A DNA stretch of 55,063 bases, counting the filler, from Sphacelaria rigidula (Eukaryota), in the NCBI GenBank assembly GCA_964200075.2. It is 3 parts of 3 records of this genome, joined end to end, with 100 filler letters (N's around TTAATTAATTAA, not from the genome) between each part and the next. Parts side by side here need not be neighbours in the genome. Positions count along the whole stretch, not along the records: positions 36,789 to 55,063 come from CAXNAA020000885.1; 2 more parts are not named here. One strand, written 5' to 3'. This document shows positions 50,633-55,063 of the stretch, one piece after another. The number at the start of each line of letters is the position of its first letter. The stretch's first letter is position 1. The notes beneath the pieces are model-generated. The model made no database searches and was not told where the DNA came from. It worked only from the letters and a program-made list of their open reading frames with translations. The position numbers were made by a program, and so were the translations under genes.

Positions 50633-50764
50633 TGGGCTGACCGATCTGGGGGGTCTTGACACGTTTCAGCCCAGATTCTGACTCTTCGGTGTTTTCGGTC
50701 GATCGAGCCTGTCCCGATCGTATTTGTGAAGACATGTCAAGTTCTACCTACTCATTGGACTATA

Positions 50765-51020
50765 GAGTGATGATACGGTAGGGGTGCACAAATATTTTCT
50801 GAGCTCAGAATTCTTAGGAGCCCTTCATCTCATCCAAAACACGACTTATGAAATATGTGAGAGTACGCCAGGATTACTGTTCCAGTGTGCCAGGGACATC
50901 CCGAATGAATTTGCAAGTGTGGATGGCCTGACCCATATTCTTATGCGTCTATCATCGTTAGGAGCCCCTCAACTAGACAACATTTTGCGCAAAAAGTGCA
51001 TGCCTACCGTAGTGTTACTA
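50765..51020. mobile_element. MITE, GAG..CTC family
   Basis: GAGTGATGATACGGTAGG / CCTACCGTAGTGTTACTA; TSD TATA/TAGA. Confidence 0.8.
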
Positions 51021-51249
51021 TAGAGCCGAAAGAGTCTGTTTCGCGGTCAACAGCACCCTCCTGATAAACGGGGTATGTACTCGTGTCGCCCAATAAAACC
51101 AACTAACGGCAACTTTGGCACTGGGGGTGGAAGACGATCTGTTTATTTTACCAAAATCTACCGATGGTAGCACTCCCGAGTTCTATCGATCAATAGTCGC
51201 GAAAAAAGCCTCCTGAACAAAAAGTAGTTTAGGTACCCAGTACTGCTTT

Positions 51250-51674
51250 AAACAGCCTGGACCCGTTCTTGAGGTTCAACATTTGGGTGAGGTTCAACTC
51301 GAAAACAATGCTTTCTCTGACCTAAAGCCATGACCAATGAATTTCATATTAACGACCTCATGCCCCCGACCCGCTTCAAACTGTTTTTGGGGGTTGCCCG
51401 TCTTCCGTGCTCCCAAAGCGTATGTGCGAAATCACTTTTTTGCCTCGATATCGGGGCGAAAAAGGGGACATTTTGAGCCCGAAATTGATGTTTTCGCATA
51501 TACGCTCGGGGGGCACGGAAGACGGGCAACCCCCAGAGATGGTTTTAAGGAGGTCGGGGGGCATGAGGTCGTCCATATGGAATTCATTGGTCACGACTTT
51601 AGGTCAGAGAAAGCACTGTTTTCGTGTTGAACCTCGCCCAAATGTTGAACCTCAAAAACGGATCCAGGCTGTTT
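51250..51674. mobile_element. Long fold-back MITE (family of 3853-4275)
   Basis: AAACAGCCTGGA...TCCAGGCTGTTT with complementary arms of about 185 bp. Confidence 0.88.
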
Positions 51675-53784
51675 TGATGTCGCGGATCAGCAGTCCAATG
51701 TGCTGAACGCTGGGGGGGCACCGGATGATGTTTTTCACCCCCTCTCTCCTTCGTATGTTTCCCACCGAACTTATGTCTGCACCACACCGGACAGTCGATG
51801 TGACCAACTACGCTTGGCAAGCAAACCCTGGCGCCATTTCCGCGGGATCACCCTTTTGTTTCAGACAGCTTCGACCATATTTTATAGGAACCAATCTCGA
51901 TTTGTACAAATATGAGGATTTCAGTCCGTTTACAGGCAATTTTCTCCCGTAGATTGATTTTTCGGACCCCAATCCGTGGGGCAATGTTTTCCGGTGAGCT
52001 GCGAGAAAACCAGATCACTTCTCCGGTTTTCTCGACGTTGACTTTTGCTTCATCACCTTTCTGCTCAAATCGGGACACTCCCGCATCTCCCCCGAGTTTA
52101 ACAGGGTCATACTCTTTGCTCTAGAGATGACCGGCACCATTCATCTTCTCTAGGTATAGTCCGAACGTCTCGCGCCCCTCCCCCTCCCCCCCGACAGCTG
52201 ACATAGAAGAGGCGTCAACTTCTGCACGGCAACGTTCCCGCTTCACTCGGTTTCCTCGGGTGCATATGTCGACTGTCGCTCCCAGCTCATGTACCACTTC
52301 CACATAACTTTACCACTCTCGTGAAAATTCATGGCCACGAAGTCGTGCTCGCCCTGCTGTGAATCGCCCGACCACAGGCCTTCGCTCGTGTCCGCCATCA
52401 CCACAGACCCGACCCGTCCTCTGTCACGGCGGCAGCGTAGGAACCATCAGACATGTCCGTGCCGTTCTGTGGGGTGCTACATGTTTCCAAAATCAGTCCA
52501 CGGTATCCCCGGGCTATATATGTCCTTCAGTCGACGATACGGCGGTATCCGTGGTGCTAGTTGACGGGAGTAGATCCTACAATCTAGGATGGGGTGTACT
52601 CAGCATCTTGTACACGTCGGACAGATCGTGATCCGTCTGAAAATTGCTTCTTCTCAGCATACAGATCCGGATCATGATCGGGGTCATCTGACCCGCCTCT
52701 TCCATGTTTGCTCCTAACAGTGCCGGACGCCGAGCACACCGAGTAGCGCAAAGGTTGCGCTTTGGCTCTTCTGACTCCGTGGTCACATATTTTTGTTTTT
52801 GGACCAACGGATTCGAGAGTGTTCTTTGATGTGTTGTTCCCGACAGATCATGATCTGTTCGACGTGTTTTATCTTGTATCCCGTAGCCATAAGACCATTG
52901 GCCTCAAATCCGTACAAAGTCGGAACGGAGCGCACTCGGAGTTTCCGCCGGACCAGGTTCGCTATCAAGCGCGAAGCACCGTGATGTATTTGGCGAGCCG
53001 CATGAAAGGTAAGCCGCACCCTGCCAAGGTTGTTCGGTTCGAAGCGTACCGATTATCTTGCGTATGAATAGAAGCCTACGATGAGCTTCTTCATTTTCTG
53101 GTATCGCTATTTCCAGAGACAACCACGGGTTATACCGTTTCATCAGTGGCTCACCATATACACTACGAGTGGTAGTACGACCATCTCCTTTGCACGGAGC
53201 TCGGCTTCTCCACTCCTCACAACTCGATCTAGCTCGACGATCATCAGATCGTCCCCGCAAAAGAACGCAATCGAGAAAAAACCCGGTGACTTGGTTGCCT
53301 AGCTTACGCAGTGAGTGGCGTGTTTTACAGCGCAATTTCCAACCGTCAAAGGGGGGAGCATGTCGGGGAGGGGGGGAAGGGTAGTACCGATATAGAGTGG
53401 TTCTTCTCCAGGCATAACAACCCAAGAATTCATGTTCAGCACTTTCAGGCGCTAGTCAAAGTTGTATCCGCCGTACATTGTCAGTTATTGCTCTGTCCAC
53501 TGTTGCATTGCTGTAATTATTCGTGCGTGTCAAGTGACGGTTGCACCGCGGGTCATTGCAGCGGGATATTATATAATCAGAGCGGGCTATCATATGCCAA
53601 AGTTCTAGAGCTGCGAGTAATAGTTGGCGAAGTATGTTTGGAATTTTCGGTCATGTTCTCGATTTTTTCCTGCAATTTTTGGATAATTCCTGTGTTTGTT
53701 CTGTTGCGAAGTGGTTGAGTGCAGCACTCTCTGTCACTCCTGTTCTCAACTTCGCCTCGATGTAGTGGGGTTACCGAGACAAAA

Positions 53785-53831
53785 GCATCATCAACAACAA
53801 CAACAACAACAACAACAACAACTACTACTAC
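53785..53831. repeat. (CAT/CAA/CTA)n microsatellite
   Basis: Directly visible trinucleotide run. Confidence 0.9.
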
Positions 53832-55063
53832 AGTTCACACCAACACCACTGTGCATATCAGATGTGCCGTCACAACCACCGACATAGGAGAACAGCAATG
53901 ATCTGGGATTACAATACTATTGCAACGACGGGAACACAAAACTTTTCATAACAGGGAGAAACGAAGTCAGTAATGACACAATGAAAACACAGCAAGAGGA
54001 TGGACGGGAGGGGGGCAAGTAATGTCTGAATTCGTGTGCGGAGGGGAAAAGTAGTTTTCTGGATTTCGGTTATCGAGGGCTGTTGGTGATATGTTGTATG
54101 TTACGTTTGGTGTTCGATGATTACGCCGCCATATCACTGAAGAAAAGGTTGATCCGCGTGGCGCTGCTGCGAAAAATAATGCGTTTCCACACAGACGCAC
54201 GCACAGTTAAACCACAGAACAGCGGAATATTCTGGTATGAACGGCATTTGGTTGACGTGCGCCTTGATAAATTTGCGCAAGAACGATTTGAATGCGTCAG
54301 CCTGGTTTTTCGTCGGGGAGGGAGGTGGGCGGAGCTCGCGGTAACCTGGAAGATTACCAAACGGTGGCCGCTGAGTGCCGGTATCGTTCGTCGACGGTAA
54401 TGATGCGACCTAACAGAGAATATGTCCTGTAGTAGAGACGATTCCGGCCAACATGGATCGAATTGCGAGGGGAAAAGTTCTGAAGGAAAGACGGTCCCAA
54501 CAGAGAAGCAAGCACGATGGACACCATCTCGAGAATGGTCTTCAGGAGGTCTTCGTTCATAATCCCAACTATTCGTACATGTGTTGGATATTCCGATTCC
54601 GGACACCCTTCTGACGTCCAACCATCCCCGCAGTCGCACAGATCGCCCCGCGGCATACCGCACTACTTACAGCATATAGCCATCAACTCTACTACCGATC
54701 CTACCTCTTGTGCGTGGCGCGGGAAGTTTAACTCCAAAAGCCCAAATGAAAAACATGAACCATGCTTCGAGACATATGTCACGTACACACACTCAAAGGG
54801 CACCGACACACGACGACGACTACTACTACGACTAGGACGTCATGCACACCGCGGTACACTGTACCCGATGTCCCCGTGACTTGTTTGAGGCCATGAATAT
54901 CGCAAACTTTCAGACAACCCTGGAGGATCGCTTCAAGAGCTTGTCTCCGGGAAAACTACCGTTAGACCCCGCGGGGGGGGGGGGGGATGTACTTATGATC
55001 ATGCGTGCCATAGTCCCGCATGATCATGAGTACATCCATGGGGGGGCGGGGGGGGGGGCGGGG

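Noticed and set aside
54985..55040. Small hairpin GGATGTACTTATGATCATGCG / CGCATGATCATGAGTACATCC, related to 66-97
   Set aside because: Probably another small MITE cut by the window edge; not enough sequence to characterise.

Overview
Repeat-rich, intron-containing eukaryotic DNA; the SINE/MITE content, long introns and WVDD-type Ty3 RT suggest a stramenopile such as a brown alga (inference). Two artificial 100-nt N-TTAATTAATTAA-N linkers (18297-18396, 36689-36788) split it into three contigs whose adjacency is unverified. Host genes: the last two exons of an unidentified + strand gene (1307-3772, probably joined by a GC-AG intron) and the five 3' exons of an RWDD1/Gir2-like gene (26260-32639, minus). 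Mobile DNA dominates. A decayed Ty1/Copia element (from 6177) carries a two-LTR chromodomain Ty3/Gypsy insertion (10074-15234, GGCC TSD) and a 110-bp palindromic MITE. Also present are a second Gypsy protease fragment, a LINE RT fragment, tRNA-derived SINEs, long fold-back elements, two hAT-like MITEs (8-bp TSDs) and an intron-containing Sola2-like transposase pseudogene (about 39185-43615). About nine short elements have related GAG..CTC-type TIRs, most with 4-bp TSDs. The most unusual observations are a Gypsy primer-site region complementary to its own LTR terminus and followed by palindromes, the apparent Sola2 transposase/MITE system, and two paralogous repeats differing by a precise GT-AG intron. 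All alignments and coordinates were read by eye; no database searches were run.
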